Made by a program: the position numbers and the translations under genes. From an uncultured virus (IMG/VR IMGVR_UViG_3300046694_000616) (taxonomy: Duplodnaviria > Heunggongvirae > Uroviricota > Caudoviricetes), in IMG/VR virus record IMGVR_UViG_3300046694_000616: a stretch of DNA of 64,000 nt; one strand, written 5' to 3'. How positions within the stretch are numbered: position 1 is the first letter of the stretch; each line of letters begins with the position of its first letter. Shown here piece after piece: positions 44,074 through 52,537 of this stretch. A model generated the notes under the pieces. The model was not told where the DNA came from. It was given only the letters and a program-made list of their open reading frames with translations, and ran no database searches.

Positions 44074-44730
44074 TCAACCCCGTTTTGCATGTGGCACGCG
44101 CTCGAGCGCCTGCGTGAATCTCGGCAGCGCCAACGCAGTACCGTAGAGATACGATTGACCTTCGAAGTGACGCAGGCCGTAGGAGCCGATTTCCAGGCCC
44201 TCGACCACCAGGTCGTGCTGTGCCGCACCCGTCTCTTCGCGGTCGATGCGAAGCCCAATAGGTCCTTCCGCATAAAGCGCAACAGCCCGGAACATCATTT
44301 CCTGCGCAGCGAGCATCTCGTCGAGGCGTTCGCGCCAGCTGGAGACATCCGCGCGCGCGAGAGGCACGTACCATTCGGCCTTCATGAAGCCGTGCTGGTG
44401 CGTCTCATCGAGCACGGCCTCATCACGCAGGCAAGGCGTCCAGCCGATATAGCCCGGTGCGCCGCCAGCAAGCAGCCCCTGTTCGCGCAGCATCAGGAAG
44501 CTCTGTTCGCCGGAGCCAACAAACGAACCATGCAGCGTAGGCACGTCGCGGCAGAACGATGGCCGGTGCGCATCGGCATAACGAGAGGGCACCATCCAGG
44601 GCAGGTCGACGTACTGGAGCCCTTGCGTCTGCCACCACTGAAGCGCAAGGTGCAGAAGCAACAGGCTGTTCTGGGGAAACGGGCCGGTCACCGCGGCCGT
44701 GCGCGGCTCACCGCGAAGTACGCTGGCCAT
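44074..44730 (-). CDS. minimal class II aminoacyl-tRNA synthetase-like (SerRS catalytic core-like) protein
   Basis: Motif 1 GLQYVDLPWMV, VGSGEQ, motif 2 TPCLRDE...H..FMKAE, EIGSYG, motif 3 GTALALPR; no tRNA-binding arm. Confidence 0.7.
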   Translation of the reverse strand: MASVLRGEPRTAAVTGPFPQNSLLLLHLALQWWQTQGLQYVDLPWMVPSRYADAHRPSFCRDVPTLHGSFVGSGEQSFLMLREQGLLAGGAPGYIGWTPCLRDEAVLDETHQHGFMKAEWYVPLARADVSSWRERLDEMLAAQEMMFRAVALYAEGPIGLRIDREETGAAQHDLVVEGLEIGSYGLRHFEGQSYLYGTALALPRFTQALERVPHAKRG

Positions 44731-45004
44731 TGACGAATGCTCGTTCGGTGATTTCGGAGAAGGTGAGGAGGTCCTGAATCGTCAGGCCCGGGAGGTGCCG
44801 CGCCATGAAAGCGCGGATGGCGCCCATCATGTCGGAGAGCTCGACGGCGGCCATCACGCGCGAGCCCTGCGCCATGGCATCGCGCAATTCGTCCAGCTCC
44901 TCTTGAATCTTGGAGATTTCGCCAAGTTCGCCGCGCGGAATTGTGACCAGGTGATAGCCCGGCTTGGCCACCGCCACCGCGGCCGGATGTGCATGTGTTG
45001 TCAT
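44708..45004 (-). CDS. MazG-like all-alpha NTP pyrophosphohydrolase
   Basis: KIQEELDEL...VELSD (EExxE...ExxD). Confidence 0.7.
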   Translation of the reverse strand: MTTHAHPAAVAVAKPGYHLVTIPRGELGEISKIQEELDELRDAMAQGSRVMAAVELSDMMGAIRAFMARHLPGLTIQDLLTFSEITERAFVNGQRTSR

Positions 45005-45020
45005 GGGATGAAGCTCCTTT

Positions 45021-45497
45021 TCATTCGCTGGCATCCTCGAAAGGCTTGCCGTGCACACGCTGCCAGGCTGCGGCGGCGCGCTGGGATTCGACTCGCTTGA
45101 TGATTTCGCCCGCGTGCGCCCGGATTTCGCTCGCTTCCCGATGCGTGAGCGAGCGGCATTGGCATTGAATCGCCTCGACATATCGAGCGACCACGGGGTC
45201 GAGCATTGCGGTCTCCAGGTCCGGACACTGCGCAGGCGTCACCGGGCCTAGCAGACTACTCGCGAGCGCCGAGTTCATTATCTGGATGACGAGCAGTCCG
45301 GTCACAACCGAGAAGACGAGGCCCACGAGGCCGCCTCCAAAAGCCGAATCCCGCGTGAGCCATGCCGCCGGCACGAAGGCGATGAAACAGGGAAGCAGGA
45401 GCAGCGCATACCGGCTTCTACGAGCGGCAATAGCCGAGAGCGCTGCGGCCACGTCCGTCCGAGTTGGTGGCGCGGCGTGCAGGTCTATCCTCAACAT
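45021..45497 (-). CDS. 2-TM membrane protein
   Basis: AAGGT RBS; resembles 29312-29815. Confidence 0.65.
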   Translation of the reverse strand: MLRIDLHAAPPTRTDVAAALSAIAARRSRYALLLLPCFIAFVPAAWLTRDSAFGGGLVGLVFSVVTGLLVIQIMNSALASSLLGPVTPAQCPDLETAMLDPVVARYVEAIQCQCRSLTHREASEIRAHAGEIIKRVESQRAAAAWQRVHGKPFEDASE

Positions 45498-45507
45498 GCG
45501 GCGCACC

Positions 45508-46023
45508 TTACGCCGGCTCGCGCCGGGCGGGCGCGACTTCGTTGAAGAGTGCCTTGTACTTTTCGGGCGTGAACGCGTCACTGTCGAAGTACCATCGCTT
45601 GGCCGTTTCGACGCTGATAGGGATGGTGTTCGAGAAGTGTCGGCAATCTGCCTCGATGCAGGGGTGTGCGGACAGAAAGCCGTCGTCCCGCGTCAGGTCG
45701 GATTCATATTCGAACTGGAACCAGCGGCCGTTTTTGGTCACCGCCAGCCCCGACATACTCATCCACTCGCGCCAATGCTCCCGGTAAGCGGGTTTGCTCA
45801 CTGCGAGGATGGTTGAGTCCGCGCCCTTGTAGACAAGGGTGGGCGCCGGCGCGCTGTCGTAGGCGGGGCGTTCGTCGAATTCGAGCTTGCTGAAATCCTT
45901 CGGGAAGGCTTCCGTCATGGCCGAACCGACGCGGCTGACATTCTGCTCGCGAGTCTGCCCACAGCCGGCGAGCGCCGCGGCGAGCACGCCTGCGAGGACC
46001 AGCGTTTTGAATAGTTTCTGCAT
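45508..46023 (-). CDS. lipoprotein
   Basis: Signal peptide with LAGC lipobox. Confidence 0.8.
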   Translation of the reverse strand: MQKLFKTLVLAGVLAAALAGCGQTREQNVSRVGSAMTEAFPKDFSKLEFDERPAYDSAPAPTLVYKGADSTILAVSKPAYREHWREWMSMSGLAVTKNGRWFQFEYESDLTRDDGFLSAHPCIEADCRHFSNTIPISVETAKRWYFDSDAFTPEKYKALFNEVAPARREPA

Positions 46024-46038
46024 GGTGGATTTCCAGTC

Positions 46039-46338
46039 TCAGGCGGTCGGAGGCGTACGTTGCGACACCACGTGTGCCGTCAGCACCGTGACGTAAATTG
46101 CTTTTCGAAGGCAGACGGCGAGCACAATGCAGACGAACGCCAGAAACGCCTTGTCGTCGACCAGCACCTCACACATCCACCAGACCAGGCCCGCAAGCGC
46201 GAGCCAGACGACGGTAAGCGCAACGGCTATCGCGATGAGGTCAGAGGCCGGCGGCCGCTTGGCGCCGCGTTGCAGCCCTTCCAGGTAAGTGTTCCGCGCA
46301 TCGCGAGCGGGCGAGAAAAAGAGTTTCAGTTTGGTCAT
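46039..46338 (-). CDS. 2-TM membrane protein
   Basis: ATGA coupling; hydrophobic segments. Confidence 0.65.
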   Translation of the reverse strand: MTKLKLFFSPARDARNTYLEGLQRGAKRPPASDLIAIAVALTVVWLALAGLVWWMCEVLVDDKAFLAFVCIVLAVCLRKAIYVTVLTAHVVSQRTPPTA

Positions 46339-46835
46339 GATGTGAGTGCTTCGGCCATGCGGAAAGGCTGCGGCAATAGTGTCTTCGGCAAGTACAGCGG
46401 ATGCCCTGGATGCCCGTCTTTCGTGAGACGCAGGTAGTGCATCTCCGGGATGAGCTGCTTCACCTGCGTATCGCGCGCCATGTGCGTGCCGTGTACGCCC
46501 CAGGCAGCCACGACGAGACCTGCTTTGCTCGCGAGTCGCTTGAGCCACACATCGTTTTCCGGGCCAACCGGGTCCGCGGCGGCGAGCATGTCCGCCGGTT
46601 CTTTCGAGCGAAACGCAAAGAGGTTGACCATGCAGAGGCCGCTGAAGCCCCAGGCCCGCGCGAAGGCGATGCAACGCCGAATGGTCGGGTCGTCGTTGAC
46701 TTCGTCTGCCGTGCTCGGGTTGAGCCCCACAAATACGACGTAGCCGCGGTCGACATCACCAGGCGTCGGACCCCACCATCGCCACAGCGTGTAGCGGTAT
46801 AGGCGGCAAGGGGAGAGTTCGGCGCTTCGTTTCAT
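46335..46835 (-). CDS. DUF1643 family protein
   Basis: YRYTLWR, GLNPSTAD..DDPTIRR, VNLFAFR, AAWG, HPLY. Confidence 0.88.
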   Translation of the reverse strand: MKRSAELSPCRLYRYTLWRWWGPTPGDVDRGYVVFVGLNPSTADEVNDDPTIRRCIAFARAWGFSGLCMVNLFAFRSKEPADMLAAADPVGPENDVWLKRLASKAGLVVAAWGVHGTHMARDTQVKQLIPEMHYLRLTKDGHPGHPLYLPKTLLPQPFRMAEALTS

Positions 46836-46843
46836 CGTCGCGT

Positions 46844-47941
46844 TTACGCTGCGGCAGGCAGGTCGTAATTGACGGCGGAGCTACGCAGCCGCGGACGAGT
46901 GAACACCACCACGACCTCCGGGTCATTCGTGCCGAAGACAAATCGGCCTTCGTCGATGTTCACTTCCCGCAGCAGGTTGATGTCCAGCGTGTACGTGACC
47001 GTTGTTTCCAGACCGCCTTCCGGACGGTCATCCTCGTCGAACGCGATGAACGTAACTTCCAGCCCGTTCAGCGTCAGCGGGCTGCGATGCACCGAGTCGT
47101 GATTCTGGTATTCGCACAGGATAGGCGTCCCGTTGCGCAGGCCCTTGACGATGTAGGTGCTGCCTTCGTCGTTCTGCGGCCGCATGTTCAGCATCTGCAT
47201 CGCATCGCTTGCGTTCTCGTTGTACCGGTTCATTTCTTCGACGAGCGCCTGCAGCATGTCGAACGTGAATTCGGTGAAAAACGCTGCGACGTTCAGCACG
47301 CCGCGCAGATTCGCCTGGTTTTCCAGCTTGTCGACACAGTATTCCTCGACGAACGCGCGCGTGAGCCCCGCGAAATCCAGCGAGTAGAACAGTCGGCCGG
47401 GCCGGTTAATCATGTGTTTGTCGATGCGATGGCGGTCATTGACCGTCAGCAGGTACAGTTTCTTCGTCGGATAGAGGCCGTCGAGCAGCGTCAGCAGCTG
47501 CGGCTGCTTGTCCTGGTCGTACACCTTTTCGAATTCGTCGAACAGAATGACCGCTGCCTGCGGCATGCCGCCAATGAATGCGTTGAACTCGTCGCCACAG
47601 AACGCCTCGTTGATGACGAGCGTCGGGATGCCCCCGGACAGCGCCAGCGTCGCAATCTGCTTCGTCAGCATCGTCTTGCCCGCGCCCTTGTGGCCCGAGA
47701 GCAGCACGCCAGTGCCGTTCGGTCGGCTCTGGAACGTGTTCAGGATGCGTCGCGCACGGCTGTTGACGTCGCCGTAGAGCTTCGCCGGTAGCTCGAAATT
47801 GTCGATGCGCTCCAGGTAGTAGCCAACCAGCGCGCCATGTCGGACCGCGTACGTCCCCGGCGGCAGGGTTTCCTCGATGGCGAGTGCTTCGGTGCTGGTG
47901 GGGAAGAAGTCGTTGCCGTCACGGCGGTAGACCCGGGTCAT
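46844..47941 (-). CDS. AAA+ ATPase (phage-type)
   Basis: GHKGAGKT Walker A, ILFDEFEK Walker B, NRPGR arginine finger. Confidence 0.88.
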   Translation of the reverse strand: MTRVYRRDGNDFFPTSTEALAIEETLPPGTYAVRHGALVGYYLERIDNFELPAKLYGDVNSRARRILNTFQSRPNGTGVLLSGHKGAGKTMLTKQIATLALSGGIPTLVINEAFCGDEFNAFIGGMPQAAVILFDEFEKVYDQDKQPQLLTLLDGLYPTKKLYLLTVNDRHRIDKHMINRPGRLFYSLDFAGLTRAFVEEYCVDKLENQANLRGVLNVAAFFTEFTFDMLQALVEEMNRYNENASDAMQMLNMRPQNDEGSTYIVKGLRNGTPILCEYQNHDSVHRSPLTLNGLEVTFIAFDEDDRPEGGLETTVTYTLDINLLREVNIDEGRFVFGTNDPEVVVVFTRPRLRSSAVNYDLPAAA

Positions 47942-48086
47942 GCGAAGTCCTTGTAGCGTTCGGTGAAGTATCTGTACTATACTACGAAACACGAGAAAAC
48001 GCAAGTTTCCCTCAATATCGGGCCGTATCCGGTAGGTGTTTTGTGTTACGCATACCGTTTAACGCGCCTTCTGTCAACCTCCGCCT

Positions 48087-48093
48087 CTATACT
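48087..48093 (+). promoter_or_regulatory. CTATACG-class or sigmaS-like box (CTATACT)
   Basis: 45 nt upstream of ATG 48139. Confidence 0.4.
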
Positions 48094-48138
48094 GATTTGC
48101 AGCAATTTCGCTGTTAATTTATAGAGGAAACATACATC

Positions 48139-50370
48139 ATGACCAACACTACCCAAAATACGTCGCTGGGCAAGCAAATGCTGTCCCAATCCAAGTTCTT
48201 CATGGGCTACTCCCGCTGGGTCGAAGGCAAAGGTGCCTACGAAACCTGGGATGAATCTGTGGAGCGTGTGATGGCGATGCACCGCGGCAAGTATGCCGAC
48301 CGCATGTCGCCCGAGCTCAAGGCCTTCATGGACAAGGCTCAGGCGGCATACAGCTCGCAACTCGTGCTGGGCGCGCAACGCGCGCTGCAATTCGGCGGTG
48401 AGCAGCTGCTGCGCCACGAAGCAAAGATGTACAACTGCTCGGTTTCGCATGCGGACCGCGCGGCTTTCTTCCAGGAAGCCATGTACCTCCTGCTGTGTGG
48501 TTGCGGTGTCGGCTTCTCCGTCCAGGAACGCCACGTCTCGAAGCTGCCGCGCATTCAGGCGCGTTCGGCCGACAGCGCGAAGGTGTTCCAGGTGCCCGAC
48601 AGTATCGAAGGCTGGGCTGACGCGTTCGGCGTTCTGCTGTCCTCGTATTTCGTGGATGGAGGTACGTTCCCCGCATTCAAGGGCTCGCCGGTGCTCTTCG
48701 ATTTTTCGAAGATTCGTCCGAAGGGCGCTCTGATTTCGGGTGGCTTCAAGGCGCCGGGCGCAGAAGGTCTGCGTAACGCGCTGCTGAAGTGTGAAGCGCT
48801 GCTCGAGCGTACGCTCGCGGAAGGTCGCGACGACATGCGTGCCATCGTGGTCTACGACTTCGTGATGCACATGTCGGATGCCGTGCTGTCGGGTGGTGTG
48901 CGCCGTTCGGCCACCATCTGTCTGTTCGACAAGTTCGACGAGGAGATGCTCAAGGCCAAGACGGGTGACTGGTTCGTCCACAACCCGCAACGCGGCCGCA
49001 GCAACAACTCTGTCGTGCTCAAGAAGGACGAGCTCACCCGCGAGGAATGGGCCGCCATCATGCGCAGTGTGCGTGATTTCGGCGAACCCGGCTTCATCTT
49101 CGTGGACGACTTCGATTTCGCGTACAACCCGTGCGTGGAAATCGGCATGCGTCCGATTTGCGTCGAAACCGGCGAGTCGGGTTTCCAGTTCTGCAATCTG
49201 ACCGAAGGTAACGGCGCCAAGTGCACCACGAAGGAAATCTTCTTCGCGATGTGCGAGGCGAGTGCGATTCTCGGCACGCTGCAGGCTGGTTACACCAACT
49301 TCAAGTACCTGAGCGACGCTACGCGCCGCATCACGGAACGCGAGGCACTTATCGGTGTGTCCATCACGGGCTGGATGAACAATCCGCATATCCTGTTCGA
49401 CGAAGAAATCCTGAAACAAGGGGCTGAAATCGTCAAGCGGGTGAACCGTGAAGTTGCCAAGCTGATTGGTATCCGTGCGGCGGCACGTACGACCTGCGCC
49501 AAGCCTTCGGGCAACGCGTCGGTTCTGCTCCAGACCGAGTCGGGTATCCACGGCGCGCACTCGGCGCTGTACTTCCGAAACGTGCAGATGAACGTGGAAG
49601 ATGAAGTGGCCAAGCTGATTCAGGCAGTCAACCCGAAAATGGTTGAGAAGAGCGTCTGGAGCAGCAACGGCACCGACATCGTCGTGAGCTTCCCGGTCTT
49701 CACGAAGGAAGGTTCGATTTGCAAGGCGGACCTGATGGGCGTGAAGCAGTTGGAGTACGTGAAGAAGGCCCAGCAGTTCTGGGTTGAAAACGGCACGAAC
49801 GTCGAGCTGTGTGTGCATCCGAAGTTGCGCCACAACATCTCCAACACCATCTCGGTGGATGATTGGGACGAAGTGGAGCAGTACATCTTCGATAACCGTG
49901 AGTGGTTCGCTGGCATTTCACTGCTGTCGGCCATGGGTGACAAGGCTTATGCCCAGGCACCGTTCACGGAAGTGCTCACCGCGGAAGAAATTCTGCGCAC
50001 GTACGGCGACGCGAGCATGTTCGCTTCGGGTCTGATTGTCGACGGGCTGCATGCCTTCAACGACGACCTGTGGATGGCGTGCAATACGGCGACGGGCATG
50101 GGCCTGAAGTTGACGGACGAAGCCGGCGACCTGCTCAAGCGTGACTGGGTGCGTCGTTTTGCCAAGTTCGCCGAAAGCTTCTTCAACGGTGACGAGCTGA
50201 AGACGACCTTCTGCCTGAAGGACTGCTACAACCTGCACAAGTGGGTGAGCATCCAGAAGACCATGAAGGAAATCGACTTCTCGGAAGCGCTGGCCAAGCG
50301 TGACTATGTTGATGCCGATACGCTGGCATCGCAGGGTTGTGCAGGTGGTGCATGCGAAATCAGCTTTTAG
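48139..50370 (+). CDS. nrdJ: ribonucleotide reductase, class II (NrdJ/RTPR-like, B12-dependent)
   Basis: YNCS, GGVRRSA, NPCVEI (thiyl Cys), FCNLTE, KPSG, C-terminal CAGGAC; no YY dyad and no adjacent beta-subunit gene. Confidence 0.82.
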   Translation: MTNTTQNTSLGKQMLSQSKFFMGYSRWVEGKGAYETWDESVERVMAMHRGKYADRMSPELKAFMDKAQAAYSSQLVLGAQRALQFGGEQLLRHEAKMYNCSVSHADRAAFFQEAMYLLLCGCGVGFSVQERHVSKLPRIQARSADSAKVFQVPDSIEGWADAFGVLLSSYFVDGGTFPAFKGSPVLFDFSKIRPKGALISGGFKAPGAEGLRNALLKCEALLERTLAEGRDDMRAIVVYDFVMHMSDAVLSGGVRRSATICLFDKFDEEMLKAKTGDWFVHNPQRGRSNNSVVLKKDELTREEWAAIMRSVRDFGEPGFIFVDDFDFAYNPCVEIGMRPICVETGESGFQFCNLTEGNGAKCTTKEIFFAMCEASAILGTLQAGYTNFKYLSDATRRITEREALIGVSITGWMNNPHILFDEEILKQGAEIVKRVNREVAKLIGIRAAARTTCAKPSGNASVLLQTESGIHGAHSALYFRNVQMNVEDEVAKLIQAVNPKMVEKSVWSSNGTDIVVSFPVFTKEGSICKADLMGVKQLEYVKKAQQFWVENGTNVELCVHPKLRHNISNTISVDDWDEVEQYIFDNREWFAGISLLSAMGDKAYAQAPFTEVLTAEEILRTYGDASMFASGLIVDGLHAFNDDLWMACNTATGMGLKLTDEAGDLLKRDWVRRFAKFAESFFNGDELKTTFCLKDCYNLHKWVSIQKTMKEIDFSEALAKRDYVDADTLASQGCAGGACEISF

Positions 50371-50430
50371 AGAGTGTTCTGATAGTGCGAGCTCCGGCCC
50401 GCACTGACAGGTAAGCGAAACTCCTCAAAC

Positions 50431-50461
50431 AACCCTCCTTGCTTCGGCTTGGAGGGTTTTT
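50431..50461 (+). terminator. intrinsic terminator
   Basis: AACCCTCC..GC-ttcg-GC..GGAGGGTT plus T-run. Confidence 0.75.
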
Positions 50462-50647
50462 CTTCTAGCGCCCAGGCACATCAATTGCTCAGACAATAGC
50501 TCAGAAAGCGATTTAATCCACTTTGAATATCATCGCGGTTATCCCTTGAATTGCGCCAAATTTCGGGCTATGTTCGAAACTTCGAAAAGTTAGACGATTA
50601 GGTAACATCTCGATATGTCCTCAACTCGTACTACCAAAGGAGATTCA

Positions 50648-51199
50648 ATGGCGACTCTGGAAGCCATCCAGGCACGTATTCAAAAGCTGCAGGTCCAAGC
50701 TGATTCTTTGCGCAGGAAATCGAAGCAATCGGTCATCGCAAAGATTCACGACCTGATGTTGAAGAATGAGCTGACGCTGGAAGACATTGGCAATCCCACC
50801 GCGCGCACATCGAAAGTCACAAAGGCAGCAAAGGCCAAGAAGGCTTCGGTGGCCCCCACAGCCAAAGGCAAACTGCCCGCGAAATATCTGAACCCCAAGA
50901 CCGGCGAAACGTGGAGCGGCCATGCCCGCCCACCGGCATGGATTAAAGACGTGAAGGACCGCTCGAAGTTTCTCATCGCCCAGGACGAAACGTCCGCCGC
51001 CGCTGCGCCGGCCGCGAAGCGTCACCTGAAAGTTGTCCCGACCAGCGCATCGAGTGGTCAATCGCGCAAGAAGGCGACGGTCGCGCCGAAATATCGTGAC
51101 CCGGAAAGCGGCGTTACGTGGACGGGCCGGGGCATGGCGCCCCTCTGGATTCGCGACGCTGAAGACCGTACGCAGTTTTTGATTGAGAAGGCGGCTTAA
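50648..51199 (+). CDS. hns: H-NS family protein with two DNA-binding domains
   Basis: N-terminal coiled coil; KYLNPKTGETWSGHARPPAWI and KYRDPESGVTWTGRGMAPLWI. Confidence 0.9.
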   Translation: MATLEAIQARIQKLQVQADSLRRKSKQSVIAKIHDLMLKNELTLEDIGNPTARTSKVTKAAKAKKASVAPTAKGKLPAKYLNPKTGETWSGHARPPAWIKDVKDRSKFLIAQDETSAAAAPAAKRHLKVVPTSASSGQSRKKATVAPKYRDPESGVTWTGRGMAPLWIRDAEDRTQFLIEKAA

Positions 51200-51211
51200 G
51201 GTTGCAGGATG

Positions 51212-51239
51212 AAAAAGGACTCCCAGAAATGGGAGTCCT
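51212..51239 (-). terminator. intrinsic terminator
   Basis: AGGACTCCCA-gaaa-TGGGAGTCCT between convergent genes. Confidence 0.8.
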
Positions 51240-51255
51240 AAGGGCGGAACTGGCG

Positions 51256-51699
51256 TTACGCGGCTTGCGCGAACTCTTCGAAATGGCCGACAGTGAAGCC
51301 CAGCTGCACGAGAATTTCGCGCAGCGTCTTCAGGCCCATGCCCGCATCGACGCTTTGGACCTGTTTGCCGTTGAAAGCGACACCAAGGCGATAGCCCTCG
51401 AGCGGCTCGCTCCAGCGACGCGTGAGCGAGATGTCGCCCAAGGTTGCCACCGGAACCGCGTACGTCACGGGCCTGCTCTTCAGCAAGTCGGTAATGGTGT
51501 AGCGCGTGTCCTGACCCGCTTCGTCGACGAGACGAACCGAGGCGAAACCGAGCAGGATGAGTGCCGGCAGAACCGGGCTTTCCTGTTCTTCGACGACAGC
51601 CAGGTCGACCACACCGAGCGTCACACCATCCAGCTTCACTTCCATGCGGTCCGACATCGGTGTGCTGTCATTCAGGGCGATGCTGACTACGTTCTTCAT
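51256..51699 (-). CDS. hypothetical protein
   Basis: GAGGA RBS (MKNVVSIAL). Confidence 0.7.
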   Translation of the reverse strand: MKNVVSIALNDSTPMSDRMEVKLDGVTLGVVDLAVVEEQESPVLPALILLGFASVRLVDEAGQDTRYTITDLLKSRPVTYAVPVATLGDISLTRRWSEPLEGYRLGVAFNGKQVQSVDAGMGLKTLREILVQLGFTVGHFEEFAQAA

Positions 51700-51731
51700 G
51701 GCTTTTTCCTCTCTGGTTGATTTGCCATCTC

Positions 51732-51738
51732 CGTATAG
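51732..51738 (-). promoter_or_regulatory. CTATACG box
   Basis: 32 nt upstream of ATG 51699. Confidence 0.6.
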
Positions 51739-51847
51739 CTCGCGCGCATGTACGTTCATTGAGAAGCTCAGTCGCTCATGCGCGGAACAAGGCTGAAAAT
51801 GCGGCACAATGTCGACGTAATTCACCAGGGCACGACGGAGTGCACGA

Positions 51848-52159
51848 ATGACGGAAGCGGGCCGGAAGTTACTGCAGAAATTCCTCGACGCTGAAGCGGC
51901 CGGGCACCTCATCGAGGTTCGCAACCGCGAAGGCGAGCGCTTCGGCGCTATCGCGTTGGAAACAGGTAGTGGCGGCCAGAAGGCTACGGCGGAGAAACTG
52001 AAGCGAGAAGGCCTTGCCGAGATGCAATGGACGCGGAGCCTGGGTCTACACAACGGCCGCTTTCTCTGGATTACGGAGGCGGGTAGAGCGGCTATGGCGT
52101 CTCGAACAGAGCAAGCTGCTCAACCAGCCGTACAGGCTGTTTACCCTCCGCTTCAGTAG
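51848..52159 (+). CDS. hypothetical protein, possible winged helix
   Basis: GGAG RBS; L.REGLAE...WITEAGRAA wing-like motif. Confidence 0.5.
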   Translation: MTEAGRKLLQKFLDAEAAGHLIEVRNREGERFGAIALETGSGGQKATAEKLKREGLAEMQWTRSLGLHNGRFLWITEAGRAAMASRTEQAAQPAVQAVYPPLQ

Positions 52160-52520
52160 CTGCAGAGGCAGCTGTCGCGGGCGCTGCTTCCGCGGCGGCC
52201 TTGCGTTTCTCAGCATTGAAAGCATGCAGCCAGGCGATTGCGTCGTCGGGCTTCCCCAGCTCTCTGGTTTCCCGGCGGCGCGCGGTCATTGCGCTCGCTT
52301 GTTTCCACGTGATTGCGACAGCGCCGGCGGCAAGCGCGAGCGCCTTCTTCGACAGGCAGATGTCATAGTGGCTACGTGGGGTGCCGGGCTTTTGGTGCCA
52401 GCGGCGCGCGACGCCAATATGCCGGGCCATTGCGTGCAGCTCTTCGTCAGAGTCGGCAAGCATATGGAACATCTTCATCCGCCCATACTTGGCTTCCATG
52501 TCATCGACATAAACCGTCAC
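52092..52520 (-). CDS. DUF4031 family protein
   Basis: VYVDD...HMLADSDEELHAMA..IG..RRWHQ...HYDI. Confidence 0.85.
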   Translation of the reverse strand: MTVYVDDMEAKYGRMKMFHMLADSDEELHAMARHIGVARRWHQKPGTPRSHYDICLSKKALALAAGAVAITWKQASAMTARRRETRELGKPDDAIAWLHAFNAEKRKAAAEAAPATAASAATEAEGKQPVRLVEQLALFETP

Positions 52521-52537
52521 GGTACCGGCATCCTGGT

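Noticed and set aside
47950..48138. NrdR boxes or a cobalamin riboswitch upstream of the RNR gene
   Set aside because: No convincing match to either, and the gap is short and shared with a divergent gene.
48046..49833. 595-aa ORF antisense to the ribonucleotide reductase (similar ones at 16441-17985, 23191-24549, 28109-29149, 52313-53653)
   Set aside because: Shadow ORFs expected from high-GC codon bias opposite genes with clear family motifs.
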